Assembly: GCA_002269645.1 (NCBI GenBank)
Contig: NIVC01001953.1
Location: 62,001-126,000, forward strand
Direction of reading: 5' to 3'
From: Macrostomum lignano
Taxonomy: Eukaryota
DNA length: 64,000 bases
The notes below the pieces were generated by a model, which saw nothing but the letters and a program-made list of their open reading frames with translations, ran no database searches and was not told where the DNA came from. How positions within the stretch are numbered: position 1 is the stretch's first letter; each line of letters begins with the position of its first letter. The position numbers were made by a program, and so were the translations under genes. Below, in pieces: positions 25,790 to 39,419 of the stretch.

Positions 25790-26111
25790 GTGTTGTCAGT
25801 GCTCATTTTGGCGCCGTAGGCAACTCATTTTAGCGCCGCGGGTACTCCTTTTGGCGCCGCAGGCACTCATTTTAGCGCCGCGGGTACTCCTTTTGGCGCC
25901 GCAGGCACTCATTTTGGCGCCGCAGGCACTCATTTTGGCGCCAAAGGCACTCATTTCAGCGCCAAAGGCGCTATATTTTGGCGTCTGAAGAAAAATTGTT
26001 GATTTTCCCAACGGATTACAAGGTGGGGTGGGGGGACAAAGCATTAGCATGTCCCCCATAGCTTTTTCTGGGGGGACATGTCCCCCCTGTCCCCCGGTGG
26101 CAACGCACTGG
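25790..26111. repeat. 21-bp GGCGCC-core tandem repeat followed by a MITE-like G/C-run terminus
   Basis: CTCATTTTGGCGCCGCAGGCA units span 25800-25985. The end GGGGGGACATGTCCCCCCTGTCCCCCGGTGGCAACGCACTG resembles non-autonomous DNA transposon ends. A matching left TIR and TSD were not found. Confidence 0.45.
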
Positions 26112-26753
26112 CATTAGAAAAATATGACATGGGAGAGAAATTGTAAAGAAAATCCTGGAATTTCAGTTGGCAAACACTGGGAATGGTTTATAGGATAATT
26201 GCTTTGATACCGAATAGAAGACACGTGCCGCCAAGGGTGCATTACGCTGGTACAACAACAATAAGTCAAAAAGAGGTTCCAGAGTGAGTCCAAGAGTGAA
26301 ACAAGATCCCAGCAGTGCCCGAAGAGAATGAGCTGACCAGATATGGGAACATAATTGCAGACTATTTCGGATTCATTCACTCGCTTCCTCATCTACTTAA
26401 GAGAGGCAGGGGGGCTGAGCGGTCTCGGCTCACTGAAGTCTGAAAGAGTTGGGAGGGAAAGTGGTGGACCCGAGCGGATATTTAGAAACTTTTTCTCGCC
26501 AGATTTATTTAACAGCGATTTCTCTCAGAGCAGCTCTGGCTGCAGCCATATTTTAAATCCCTTCCCATCCCCGTGTCAGCCCACCGTCACTGATTGGCTC
26601 TCACAGCTGGAAGGACGGGAGCGGTTCTTCTAGGAGAGGGGGGGGTAAGGAACTGCTGAAAAAGAGTAAAACTGGAACAGTCACAGTAAGAAGTCTAGCA
26701 GCAAGCAGCCAGCAGCTTTGGTTCTCGTGTTTTTTGTTTAAAACTTTGGCGCA

Positions 26754-29700
26754 ATGATTTCGTATCAGTCTTGCGCGTGCGACGACAATGCCACTGACAA
26801 GCAGTGCATTGAGCAGCAGTGGGGGCAGCCCACCACCTACACGATGCCTCAGCTGACCGCCCTGACCACCGCTCTGGCCGTCATCTTTGCTCTCGGCCTG
26901 TTTGGCAATTTAATAACCTGCCTAGTGATTGCCCGCACCCAGTTTATGAGAACTGCCACCAATTTCTACCTGTTCAATTTGAGCGTCTCAGACTTGGTAG
27001 TGCTGGTGTCCCGGCTGCCGTACGAGCTGCTCACGCACTGGCACCGGTACCCCTTCCCTAACAGCCTGGCCATGTGCGTCGGGTCCGGCTTCCTGGCCGA
27101 GATGTGCACCTACTGCTCCACGCTCACGGTCACCGCGCTCACGGCCGAACGGTACTGCGCCATCTGCCACCCCATGAAGGTGCGCAGAGGCCGAGGCCTA
27201 GCCAGACCGGTGAAGGTTATCGCTAGCATCTGGGTGGCATCGGCCTGCTTATCGACCGTCATGAGCTCGCAGCTTGGATTTGAGGTGAATTTGAGCCCCC
27301 TACGTGTAGCTTACTTGTAATGTACGGTTCCTAAATCCCTCACAGCTTCCCGTATTCTGCATCCTAAATTTCCTAAGAGAACTGCCCCAGTGGACACAAT
27401 TAGGATTCTGTAGGATGCACTAGGAAACAAATCCACTCCACACTATACAGAAACACAATGAAACTCTTTGCTGCACTTTGCTACTCAACTGCTTTTGAAT
27501 AGCTCTGGTTCAGAACCTGAAGGAATATTGTTTCACAGCTTTCCGGCGCACAGCTTGGGATAAATAATAAATGAAGAAAAAGCAGACAAGTTGCTCCTAG
27601 TCCAGAATGTAAAGACGGCAGTAAAATTTATTAGCTGTGTCGTGAACGACAGGGCAGTTAAATAACAGCCGAAATTAACTATTCTTTTGCAGCTCTGTTC
27701 GAATTTTGTTAAGATATTGTTTCTAAATATTTTATTGAGAAGAGCTTCGAATTCGTTTTATCAGCATGTCCCACCGCTGCAACTGCAATAATTATTCACC
27801 CATTTTTCATCAGAAGCAGCCCCCTTTTTTACTTAGTCAAGATAATCCGAATGCTCATAAATATTTCCATTTCATCGTGAAAGGAATGTTTTGTTCAATC
27901 GTATCAACAGCAACCTGGAAAACAGGAACAAATATTTATTATGAAACACACCGTCAGGTTCTGGTTAGAAACGACACCTCAACTCAGTTCAGCCCCAGGG
28001 TGCTGCAGAACTCTCGAATGTGCGAAGTTGTGAAGCCAAAGCGGATTGCCTACTCATTCCTGGTGTCCTCTCTGCTGCTGTTCGTCTGCCCGATGATTGT
28101 CATCTTGTACATGTACGTCCGCATCGGCGCCGCTGTCCACCGGTCGCTCAAACAGCGCAAAGACTCCGCCGGGTCGGGCCACAGCAACGCCAGCTTCGAT
28201 CGGCGGGCTGTGCAAAAAGCGCAGGGCAGGAAGACGCTTCTCAAATTGCTCGGTGAGTTGCAGTGGCGGGCAACGTCTTAAATGTTCACAGATTCACTAC
28301 ATTTCATTATGTTAATCATAATCATATGGGGATGTTTATGATGACATCGAAGGACGCATCTGTCTCGGAAACCTGCAAAGGTTTCCGGACTGCGTTTACC
28401 GACCAGTGAACAACAGGAATGTCTACTAAAAGAGTTGAAATTTTAGAGGCAACTCTTTGTACAGCTGCTCTACTGAATTGTGAAACTGCAGAAGAATTCA
28501 ATATGCTGCAGCTAAACTTATAAAAATTCTAAATATGTACGCATGGGTTCTATAAACGATGTTTGCCATAGACAACTTGCTGATTGAAAATCGTAGGGAA
28601 AACGATGAGAAGTCAAGCGAATGCAGTGCAGGCGAGGTCACGGATTTTACGAGCGTATATTGCCTAGATGGGCCACTCCACCCGCCTGGCGTCAGCGCGA
28701 ACACCCCGGGGTTTTGACCATAGACTGTAGCCTCTGCTGCTCTCAAGACATTAGCAGCAGCAGCTGGTGTCTGTGGCCCTAACCCCTTGGGTTTTCGGGG
28801 CCTCGGGGACGGCCGCTAAATACAATAGCGAATGCTGGAGTTGACTCATCGGAGGTATTAAAGAATCTGTGGGCGAGGCACACAGCAACTTGTGCACTTT
28901 TAAGCTGCTGATTTTTCAGTCACCTAAACGTAGCAGTGCATTGACCGAAAACTCCTTCGCACTATGGGATCAAAGGAGAGCCAATGGCACTTTAGTCTGG
29001 CATGTCAACGGCAGGGACAGTGACAGTGATAGTGAATTTTAAGAAACCCGTGCGTGCATGTTTACAATTCCATTCAATAGAGCAGATGTGCAAGGAGTTG
29101 CGGCTAAAATCTCAGCTCATTTAGACATTCCTGTTTTTCACACAGTAGACGCAGTCCAGAAACTTTTGCAGCAGCCTTCGTACCAACCTTGGCTAAAAGT
29201 TTTGTTCGAATGCGCACTACTCGCCAGCCCAAGCTAGTCAGTTTTGTACCACTACCAACAGGACCTGGATATTTTTAAAGTGTTGACGCTGCAAAAACCC
29301 CCAAGGCATACATCCGGTGTGCTTTTTAAGCTAAGCTTTGGCGAGAATGAAGACTGAATAGAGGAAGAAAACTGCAGTCAATCTTCATAAATGAAGTCGC
29401 ATTCGTACGCCTTTGACAACTAGTAGTTACTGTCAACAGTGGATTTTGCGGCAGCTTCATCTTGTTCTCTGTCACCGGCTCACTACTTTTAGTTCGTTCA
29501 TTAGGCGTCCTATTTCTTGAAATGCGCACTTTTCTGGCTCAATGAGGAGTTGCTGAGATGCCAATTGGCTCAATGGGGAGTTGCTGAGATGCCAATTGGC
29601 TCAATGGGAAGTTGCTGAGATGCCAATTGGCTCAATGGGGAGTTGCTGAGATGCCAATTGGCTCAATGGGGAGTTGCTAAGGTGCCAATTGGCTCAATGA

Positions 29701-30821
29701 GGAGTTGCTAAGGTGCCAATTGGCTCAATGAGGAGTTGCTGAGATGCCAATTGGCTCAATGGGGAGTTGCTAAGGTGCCAATTGGCTCAATGAGGAGTTG
29801 CTAAGGTGCCAATTGGCTCAATGAGGAGTTGCTGAGATGCCAATTGGCTCAATGGGGAGTTGCTAAGGTGCCAATTGGCTCAATGGGGAGTTGCTGAGAT
29901 GCCAATTGGCTCAATGGGGAGTTGCTGAGATGCCAATTGGCTCAATGTCGAGTTGCTGGGCATGATGGCCCACGAAGGTTCAAACACGTTGGATTAAAAC
30001 ATATTGACTCCACTTATTTGTTTGGCTCTGCTGGCTAGGAGTAACTTTGGAATGCGCAGGCTAAAGCAGTACCCTACTTGGATCGCTTCTAACTATAGAT
30101 TTCTGGCCTCAATGCAGCTGAAAGCAACTGGAGAGGCTGGGAGAGAGAATTGCCGAACAGCTTTTTTGCCTATCTCGCTTGCTGATGGGAATTCGAAAAG
30201 CAACAGAAAACCTGTAAAGCCGAGGCCAGCGCAGAGTGGCAAAGAGATTGGTACGCGGAGGGTCGAGGTACTTCGTAGGATTTTCGGGAGGGGGCGGCAG
30301 TCTCCCACTGTATGAAGCAACTGTTTACCTGGACCTTGTAGACGCACAAAAAGGTTTTTTACGAAGCAGTGTAAAATGGGGAAGAAAATAGGATAAAGTG
30401 AATTCATCCAGTTTGTACAGTTGGTCCTCGTGTTTTAGGTTCAAATTTCTGTCACAGCAGAGACAGTTGAGTCAAAATCCATCCTCTAACCGAAATTCCA
30501 GTGGGCATCGTTCTTGCCTTCTTCATCTGCTACGCTCCGTTTCACCTGTCCCGCATTCTGGCTGACGTGGTCTCCAAGGACGCCTACTGCCAGTCCTGCG
30601 TGGCCACGTGGGTCAACCAGAACCTGTTCCACATCTCCGGCCTGCTGTTCTTCGGCTCGTCAATCGTGAACCCGATCCTCTACAACTTGATGTCGCTCAA
30701 GTTCCGCCGCGCATTCCGCAGCATCATGATGCGAGCCTGCCGACGGGGCCGCGGCAACCGGCACTGCGTCATCGTCTGCCATCGGGCGGCGCCAGACGCT
30801 CCGCAGCCCGCCGAAGGGTAG
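26754..30821 (+). CDS. Rhodopsin-family neuropeptide GPCR of the neuromedin-U / CAPA / pyrokinin (PRXamide) receptor group, ~381 aa, 3 exons
   Basis: Exons 26754-27284, 27958-28252 and 30502-30821 have consistent phases (0, 1). Motifs: GLFGNLITCLVI, MRTATNFYLFNLSVSD, AEMCTY, TAERYCAICHPMK, FFICYAPFH, NPILYNLMSLKFRRAF. Confidence 0.9.
28702..28796. repeat. Dispersed diverged monomer of the 78-bp repeat at 19950-20363, in GPCR intron 2
   Basis: Shares ACCATAGACTGTAGC...TCAAG...ATTAGCAGCA...AGCTGGTGTCTGTGGCCCTAA. Confidence 0.9.
29535..29960. repeat. 31-bp minisatellite (GGCTCAATGGGGAGTTGCTGAGATGCCAATT)
   Basis: Tandem units in GPCR intron 2. Confidence 0.93.
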
Positions 30822-31429
30822 AGATGGAGGCTGCAGCCGCTGGCGAGGGCCAAGCAATTCGACTGCAGCTCCGGGCGCCCGCGGAGGCCGGCGGCGCAGC
30901 CGTCAGTGGCAGCGGCGGAGGCGGCGGCAGCAGTTGCAGCGGCAAGGCCGCAGCCGCGGCCGGGGGAGCAGCAGCAGCCGCCGCAGCAGCCGCCGCAGCA
31001 GCCGCAGCGACTGGAGGCCACGGTTCAAGAAGTCTCTCGCGAAGCCGCAACTGCGAGGACCCGTTCGGAGCGCAGCGAATGTCGGCGGAAACCAAGCAGT
31101 GATCGTCTGCGTTGATTCGACTATTCCGCAAAGCCATAGCTTAACGCAAAAACTTCAACGCCACTGCCCTGCTGTCAAGCTCGTTAAATTGTGTCTACTA
31201 TAAAATAGCATTGTTTAAACTCGAAGTTCGCGCGCTGTCGGCTCACAGAAAAATATAGAAAATACTATTCTGTAAGTCTTGTCTCGCCTCTCGCTTTTTC
31301 TCGCCGTGACTCGTGGCACTCTCCAAGCTACTCTAATCTGACGGCTGCAACTCTTGGGGCCCTGTTATCGCAGTTAGGCATGAAGCTTCTCAAGCTGCAA
31401 CCTCCCGACCTTTGTAACCCGGCGAGCAT

Positions 31430-31912
31430 TTCACTAGGATGATGTTTGAGGAGGTGCATCGTGAGTCGTGAGTCGGCAGTTCACTAGGATGATGTTTGAG
31501 GAGCTGCATCGTGAGTCGTGAGTCGGCAGTTCACTAGGATGATGTTTGAGGAGGTGCATCGTGAGTCGTGAGTCGGCGAGTTGTTCGCCAGATGTTCGCA
31601 GCGCGAGATCATGATTGCGGATGTGGCCCCCTCTCCCCAGCGCGAGATCAATATTGCGGATGTGGCCCCCTCTCCCCAGCGCGAGATCAATATTGCGGAT
31701 GTGGCCCCCTCTCCCCAGCGCGAGATCACGATTGCGGATGTGGCCCCCTCTCCCCAGCGCGAGATCACGATTGCGGATGTGGCCCCCTCTCCCCAGCGCG
31801 AGATCAATATTGCGGATGTGGCCCCCCTCTACCCAGCGCGAGATCAATATTGCGGATGTGGCCCCCTCTCCCCAGCGCGAGATCAATATTGCGGATGTGG
31901 CCCCCTCTCCCC
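31430..31912. repeat. Adjacent 50-bp (about 3 copies) and 39-bp (about 8 copies) tandem repeats
   Basis: The period is 50 bp at 31430-31575 and 39 bp at 31600-31912. Confidence 0.9.
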
Positions 31913-33049
31913 TTGAGCGAACAGGTCACATGACCAACTGCCCGCTTGGCACCACAAGGAGGTGAGCAGCTGAAAGCCAAGCTACGAGCGTATTCTGTAA
32001 ATATCCAGACCAAAGACTTCGTCTTTGTTTAAAAATAACCCGAAACGAAAAATGCTTCAAAGATGAATTTTTTCCTGGAGCAAGTGAGGTGGAGAAGCTG
32101 GATTTGGTAAGTCCCATCGGGCAAGAAGACCCGGCAAGCCGCAGCCAAATTAATGGGGCAAACTAATTAGATCTTTAATTTCTGCGAACCATAATTCATC
32201 GCAGCATGCAGACTTACAATGGAAGGAAGGCATAGCATTGGCCTTTGTCAGTTTTCTTCCCCCAGTCTGTAACTTTCTTCTTTCAGATTATGCAAATAGG
32301 CGCGGAGGAACCCGGGCCGGAGACGCGGCCGGAAGAAGGGCCTTCTTCATCCGCTGCGGAATAGAACGGAGTCGGGAGCGCAATGCGGTTTTGCCGTTTT
32401 CTTCGAATTCTGCCCCTCCTCCCGGGGAGAGGAAATGAGCTTTAATTACAGACATTTCTAATTGATGCCTCATTCAACGGAGCTTCGATGACAGAAAAGC
32501 TCGACTGAATCTAAAATCTTCTTCGACCGATCGTGAATATGGATATGCATTCTATCCTATTTGAGCAGTAAAAATTGATTTGTAAAGAACATTTCTTCTC
32601 ATGATTATTAAGGCTAAGGCTTAATATGCCGCTGTACAATGTGTGAAAAATCAGCAGATTTATACTAATAGTTAGTGCAGTGTGTTTACCGTGCCTGCTT
32701 GTGTCTGCGAGAATTAATTATATAGAAGTGCCCCGCAACCGACTTCCGCAGAAGTGATTTAGACTCGACTGCGCCGCTAAAAGTCCTTACACCGTCTTCT
32801 TGCCCAGCCACTGTCTTTCGCAACCCTCCCCCCGCGCTTCTCTCTCAGCGCTATCACGCGAATGCCAGTCCTGCCAGCCGCCCACCGGGAGCGCCGGAGG
32901 GTAACCCAGATACAGCTCGCGTTAATGCGCTGTCAGTCACATTTCATCAGCTCTATCTCAGCATCTCCACGCGTCTCTCATGGCCTCTCTTCTATCTATC
33001 TAGCACTCCCTTATCTCAACCTGCACAAGGCAAAGAGCGGGCAGCCGGG

Positions 33050-33755
<706 letters not shown>

Positions 33756-34879
33756 CCAGAGAAAAGCAGTACAATAGTTTACTTAGTTAAGAAAGCGCAG
33801 TGATGAAGAGCAAGCAGCCCAGAAGCCCACAGCCTACAAGACGATAAACTGAGGCATTCAGCTGCACGGGAGCTGGGCTGGCTTCATGCATTGTGCATAC
33901 AATGTATTAGAATAAACTACACAAGAAATTCAAGCTTTGGAAGCTCCAGCCCAAGAAATAGTTTCTTCCCAACCGAGCGGCTGGGACCCGCAGGCTCAGG
34001 CCGTGAGATTCAGACGGCAGCTTGCGGTCATTCATCGCTGGTCTTTATCCATCAATTTGCGCTCTTGAAGCCTCGCTTCCTTTCTTCCTTCCTCCCGAGG
34101 CCAGCTCACAAAAGCAGGCTCACGTTGCTGGAAAAATCCCTCCCTCGTTGGTTTCCCTTCGCCTCATCCCATTGTCTGGGGAGATGGGGAGGGAGGCTGA
34201 GAGCGCTGGCTCATCAGATCAGATGGAGAAGCATTAAGAGGAGAAGAGGCGGAAGCGTGCGAGAGGGAGGGACTGAATGAATGGTGCGTTAGTGCCACTG
34301 GTATATAAAGTGATTAGTAGATGGGCTCCGTCACACTTGGCTCCAACTCAAGCCTCTCTCTCGCCCTCTCTTTCTCTTTGACAAACTTCGCTTTCTCCTA
34401 AGCCCCTTCAAGCCGTCCGAAGTCACGCACTGTCCATTAAGCTTGCTTCAAGAACGGGAGAAAAAAGAAAGCTAGGCTCGTTCCTTTAAAACATCTCTTT
34501 TTGCCACTTTTCCGTCTCTATGCCTGTCCAGTGACGCGGTGGAAGTGAAAGTGCCTGGACCGCCAGGTGCCTCGGGTAGTCTTGGTAAATTGAATTCCCA
34601 AGAAAAGTTTATTTGTGCCTATAACTCAGGGCGCCGGCCGGTGCATTGCTTGGACAAAAGCCACTGATTGTTGGCAGGGCTGCTCACTGAGCAGATAAGC
34701 AAACAGGAGGCGCCTTGTGAAAAATCATCAACTTGGATTTGGATTTGGAATCAAGCAATAAGCGTGTTTGACAAAATCATTTTAGAGGAGATCTCTAGAT
34801 CCTCTAGACCAGGCGCTGACTGTAATATAGCCCGAGGGAGCTTCAATGTACTTTCCTGATGACTAGTTTATGACCGCTG

Positions 34880-35485
34880 TCTGCCTCCTGGTCTGTATGA
34901 GTAATCTTGTCTGCCTGTCTTATTTGTCTGCCTGTCTTATTTGTCTGCCTGTCTTATTTGTCTGCCTGTCTTATTTGTCTGCCTGTCTTATTTGTCTAAA
35001 TGTCCAACAGTCTCAGTGTCTATCAGTCTCAGTGTCTATCAGTCTCAGTGTCCATCAGTCTCAGTGTCCATCAGTCTCAGTGTCCATTAGTCTCAGTGTC
35101 CATCAGTCTCAGTGTCCATCAGTCTCAGTGTCCATCAGTCTCAGTGTCCATCAGTCTCAGTGTCTATCAGTCTCAGTGTCTATCAGTTTCAGTGTCCATC
35201 AGTCTCAGTGTCCATCAGTCTCAGTGTCCATCAGTCTCAGTGTCCATCAGTCTCAGTATCCATCAGTCTCACTGTTTATCAGTCTCAGTGTCCATCAGTC
35301 TCAGTGTCCATCAGTCTCAGTGTCTATCAGTCTCAGTGTCTATCAGTCTCAGTGTCTATCAGTCTCAGTGTCTATCAGTCTCAGTGTCCATCAGTCTCAG
35401 TGTCCATCAGTCTCAGTGTCCATCAGTCTCAGTGTCTATCAGTCTCAGTGTCCATCAGTCTCAGTGTCTATCAGTCTCAGTGTCC
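34880..35485. repeat. 18-bp then 16-bp (TCAGTCTCAGTGTCCA) minisatellites
   Basis: Tandem units. Confidence 0.9.
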
Positions 35486-36084
35486 AAAGAAAGGGAGGTG
35501 TGAGAAAATCAAAAGGAGCCGATGAGGGAAGGCTAATATAGTTTAGTAACGACGCACTTCCTATGTTAAATTTCTCGACAAAGTTGAAACACTCCTTCAG
35601 TTAAAATTAGCATTAATCAAACTTTAGCTGAGTTCGCGATCCATTTAATCCGCCTTAAAAGGTTCTTTAAATTTTCCTCACTCTGATTTTGCTATATAGG
35701 AGGCTTCCATCATTTCCCGTTGACTTCAGCACGCTGGAGTTCAAGTGCGTCGGTACTTAAAAAAGTACGAGTATACTAGCCTCTCTCTCTCTCTCTCATG
35801 GTTCATGATCGTCTCATGCTAAGCGAGGGATCAGGAGGCCCTGGAGGCTGAGCGAGGCCACTGCTGAATTCCCGAGATAATTGGCCACTCAGCAATCAAG
35901 CTGGCATTAGAGCGGGTGGCCAGAGAGTTTATAAAGTGGCACCGGCCGAGACTGTCTTTTAGTTGGCCAGAATATTAGAGAGGAACGCGTTTTATCAATT
36001 CAGTGTCCACTTTATCGAACAGTATGGAGCCATATGGATTGAGAATTTTATCAGATTGCATTGGAGCGGAAATATCGAAATTCA

Positions 36085-38800
36085 GTCTGAGGCGCATGGA
36101 AGCTCAACCTTCTGAGGCGCATGGATACTGGCTACTGGATAGTCAGTCTGAGGCGCATGGATACTGGCTACTGGATAGTCAGTCTGAGGCGCATGGATAC
36201 TGGCTACTGGATAGTCAGTCTGAGGCGCATGGATACTGGCTACTGGATAGTCAGTCTGAGGCGCATGGATACTGGCTACTGGATAGTCAGTCTGAGGCGC
36301 ATGGATACTGGCTACTGGATAGTCAGTCTGAGGCGCATGGATACTGGCTACTGGATAGTCAGTCTGAGGCGCATGGATACTGGCTACTGGATAGTCAGTC
36401 TGAGGCGCATGGATACTGGCTACTGGATAGTCAGTCTGAGGCGCATGGATACTGGCTACTGGATAGTCAGTCTGAGGCGCATGGATACTGGCTACTGGAT
36501 AGTCAGTCTGAGGCGCATGGATACTGGCTACTGGATAGTCAGTCTGAGGCGCATGGATACTGGCTACTGGATAGTCAGTCTGAGGCGCATGGATACTGGC
36601 TACTGGATAGTCAGTCTGAGGCGCATGGATACTGGCTACTGGATAGTCAATCTGAGGCGCATGGATACTGGCTACTGGATAGTCAGTCTGAGGCGCATGG
36701 ATACTGGCTACTGGATAGTCAGTCTGAGGCGCATGGATACTGGCTACTGGATAGTCAGTCTGAGGCGCATGGATACTGGCTACTGGATAGTCAGTCTGAG
36801 GCGCATGGATACTGGCTACTGGATAGTCAGTCTGAGGCGCATGGATACTGGCTACTGGATAGTCAGTCTGAGGCGCATGGATACTGGCTACTGGATAGTC
36901 AGTCTGAGGCGCATGGATACTGGCTACTGGATAGTCAGTCTGAGGCGCATGGATACTGGCTACTGGATAGTCAGTCTGAGGCGCATGGATACTGGCTACT
37001 GGATAGTCAGTCTGAGGCGCATGGATACTGGCTACTGGATAGTCAGTCTGAGGCGCATGGAAGCTCAACCTTCTGAGGCGCATGGATACTGGCTACTGGA
37101 TAGTCAGTCTGAGGCGCATGGAAGCTCAACCTTCTGAGGCGCATGGATACTGGCTACTGGATAGTCAGTCTGAGGCACATGGATACTGGCTACTGGATAG
37201 TCAATCTGAGGCGCATGGATACTGGCTACTGGATAGTCAGTCTGAGGCGCATGGATACTGGCTACTGGATAGTCAGTCTGAGGCGCATGGATACTGGCTA
37301 CTGGATAGTCAGTCTGAGGCGCATGGATACTGGCTACTGGATAGTCAGTCTGAGGCGCATGGATACTGGCTACTGGATAGTCAGTCTGAGGCGCATGGAT
37401 ACTGGCTACTGGATAGTCAGTCTGAGGCGCATGGATACTGGCTACTGGATAGTCAGTCTGAGGCGCATGGATACTGGCTACTGGATAGTCAGTCTGAGGC
37501 GCATGGATACTGGCTACTGGATAGTCAGTCTGAGGCGCATGGATACTGGCTACTGGATAGTCAGTCTGAGGCGCATGGATACTGGCTACTGGATAGTCAG
37601 TCTGAGGCGCATGGATACTGGCTACTGGATAGTCAATCTGAGGCGCATGGATACTGGCTACTGGATAGTCAGTCTGAGGCGCATGGATACTGGCTACTGG
37701 ATAGTCAGTCTGAGGCGCATGGATACTGGCTACTGGATAGTCAGCCTGAGGCGCATGGATACTGGCTACTGGATAGTCAGTCTGAGGCGCATGGATACTG
37801 GCTACTGGATAGTCAGCCTGAGGCGCATGGATACTGGCTACTGGATAGTCAGTCTGAGGCGCATGGATACTGGCTACTGGATAGTCAGTCTGAGGCGCAT
37901 GGATACTGGCTACTGGATAGTCAGTCTGAGGCGCATGGATACTGGCTACTGGATAGTCAATCTGAGGCGCATGGATACTGGCTACTGGATAGTCAGTCTG
38001 AGGCGCATGGATACTGGCTACTGGATAGTCAGCCTGAGGCGCATGGATACTGGCTACTGGATAGTCAGTCTGAGGCGCATGGATACTGGCTACTGGATAG
38101 TCAGTCTGAGGCGCATGGATACTGGCTACTGGATAGTCAGTCTGAGGCGCATGGATACTGGCTACTGGATAGTCAATCTGAGGCGCATGGATACTGGCTA
38201 CTGGATAGTCAGTCTGAGGCGCATGGATACTGGCTACTGGATAGTCAGCCTGAGGCGCATGGATACTGGCTACTGGATAGTCAGTCTGAGGCGCATGGAT
38301 ACTGGCTACTGGATAGTCAGTCTGAGGCGCATGGATACTGGCTACTGGATAGTCAGTCTGAGGCGCATGGAAGCTCAACCTTCTGAGGCGCATGAATAGC
38401 CTATCTGAGGCGCATGAATAGCCAATCTGAGGCGCATGAATAGCCAATCTGAGGCGCATGAATAGCCAATCTGAGGCGCATGAATAGCCAATCTGAGGCG
38501 CATGAATAGCCAATCTGAGGCGCATGAATAGCCAATCTGAGGCGCATGAATAGCCAATCTGGGGCGCATGAATAGCCAATCTGAGGCGCATGAATAGCCA
38601 ATCTGAGGCGCATGAATAGCCAATCTGAGGCGCATGAATAGCCAATCTGGGCGCATGAATAGCCAATCTGAGGCGCATGAATAGCCAATCTGAGGCGCAT
38701 GAATAGCCAATCTGAGGCGCATGAATAGCCAATCTGAGGCGCATGAATAGCCTATCTGAGGCGCATGAACAGCCAATCTGAGGCGCATGAATAGCCAATC
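36085..38800. repeat. Composite array: 30-bp unit (36085-38385) changing to a 20-bp unit (38385-38800), both with the TCTGAGGCGCATG core
   Basis: Near-perfect tandem units. Source of spurious 330-560 aa ORFs. Confidence 0.97.
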
Positions 38801-39419
38801 CGAAGCGCTCTGAGAAATGATTCCTTTTCTCCCAGATTGCTCACAGCAGACAGCGCCAGCCAGTTATTAGTCAACCAGTGGAAAATAACGCAAATAAAAC
38901 AGTAAGACAGTTTGGCTACAAATCAAATCACAAAGCCAAAAAGCAGCTCCGAGAGAGAAGATTTCGCCTAGTTAGGAAATTGGGATTATCAAGGATCTGG
39001 CGGGGAGACGGGGCATGCTGTAAGCTGGGCACTGACTAGCCAGCAATCTGGTCAGAGCTGGTTAATCAGGGCGAGGAACTTGCAGCCCGGAGACGAGCGA
39101 GTGAGTGAGTGAGTGAACTCGATTTGCGGTAGGCAAACTTGCCCAGCAACTGGCCAGCCACATTCTAGATACGCCCCAGCCCTATCCCAACAAAAATTTC
39201 AGTCCCATGGGGAGACGGCGCCTCTCTGCCTAGATGATGAGGTCCATTGGGATGGAAAAATTCTTGCCGAGGGACCAACTCGGCTTTGAGCTATGAGGCC
39301 AGACTCGGGCTCAAGTACAATAGATATTTCACCCAGTTCTGTACATGGCGTTGTGCCACATGGTGATGGCGGTCTCTGGTGCGCCTGCTCACATTGAATT
39401 TTTGTCCTCAACCGTTAAC

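Noticed and set aside
36003-38798. Long ORFs of 330-560 aa and a repeat-spacer look (possible CRISPR array)
   Set aside because: The ORFs are translations of a 30-bp satellite. The intervening segments are identical rather than unique spacers, there are no cas genes, and the context is eukaryotic.
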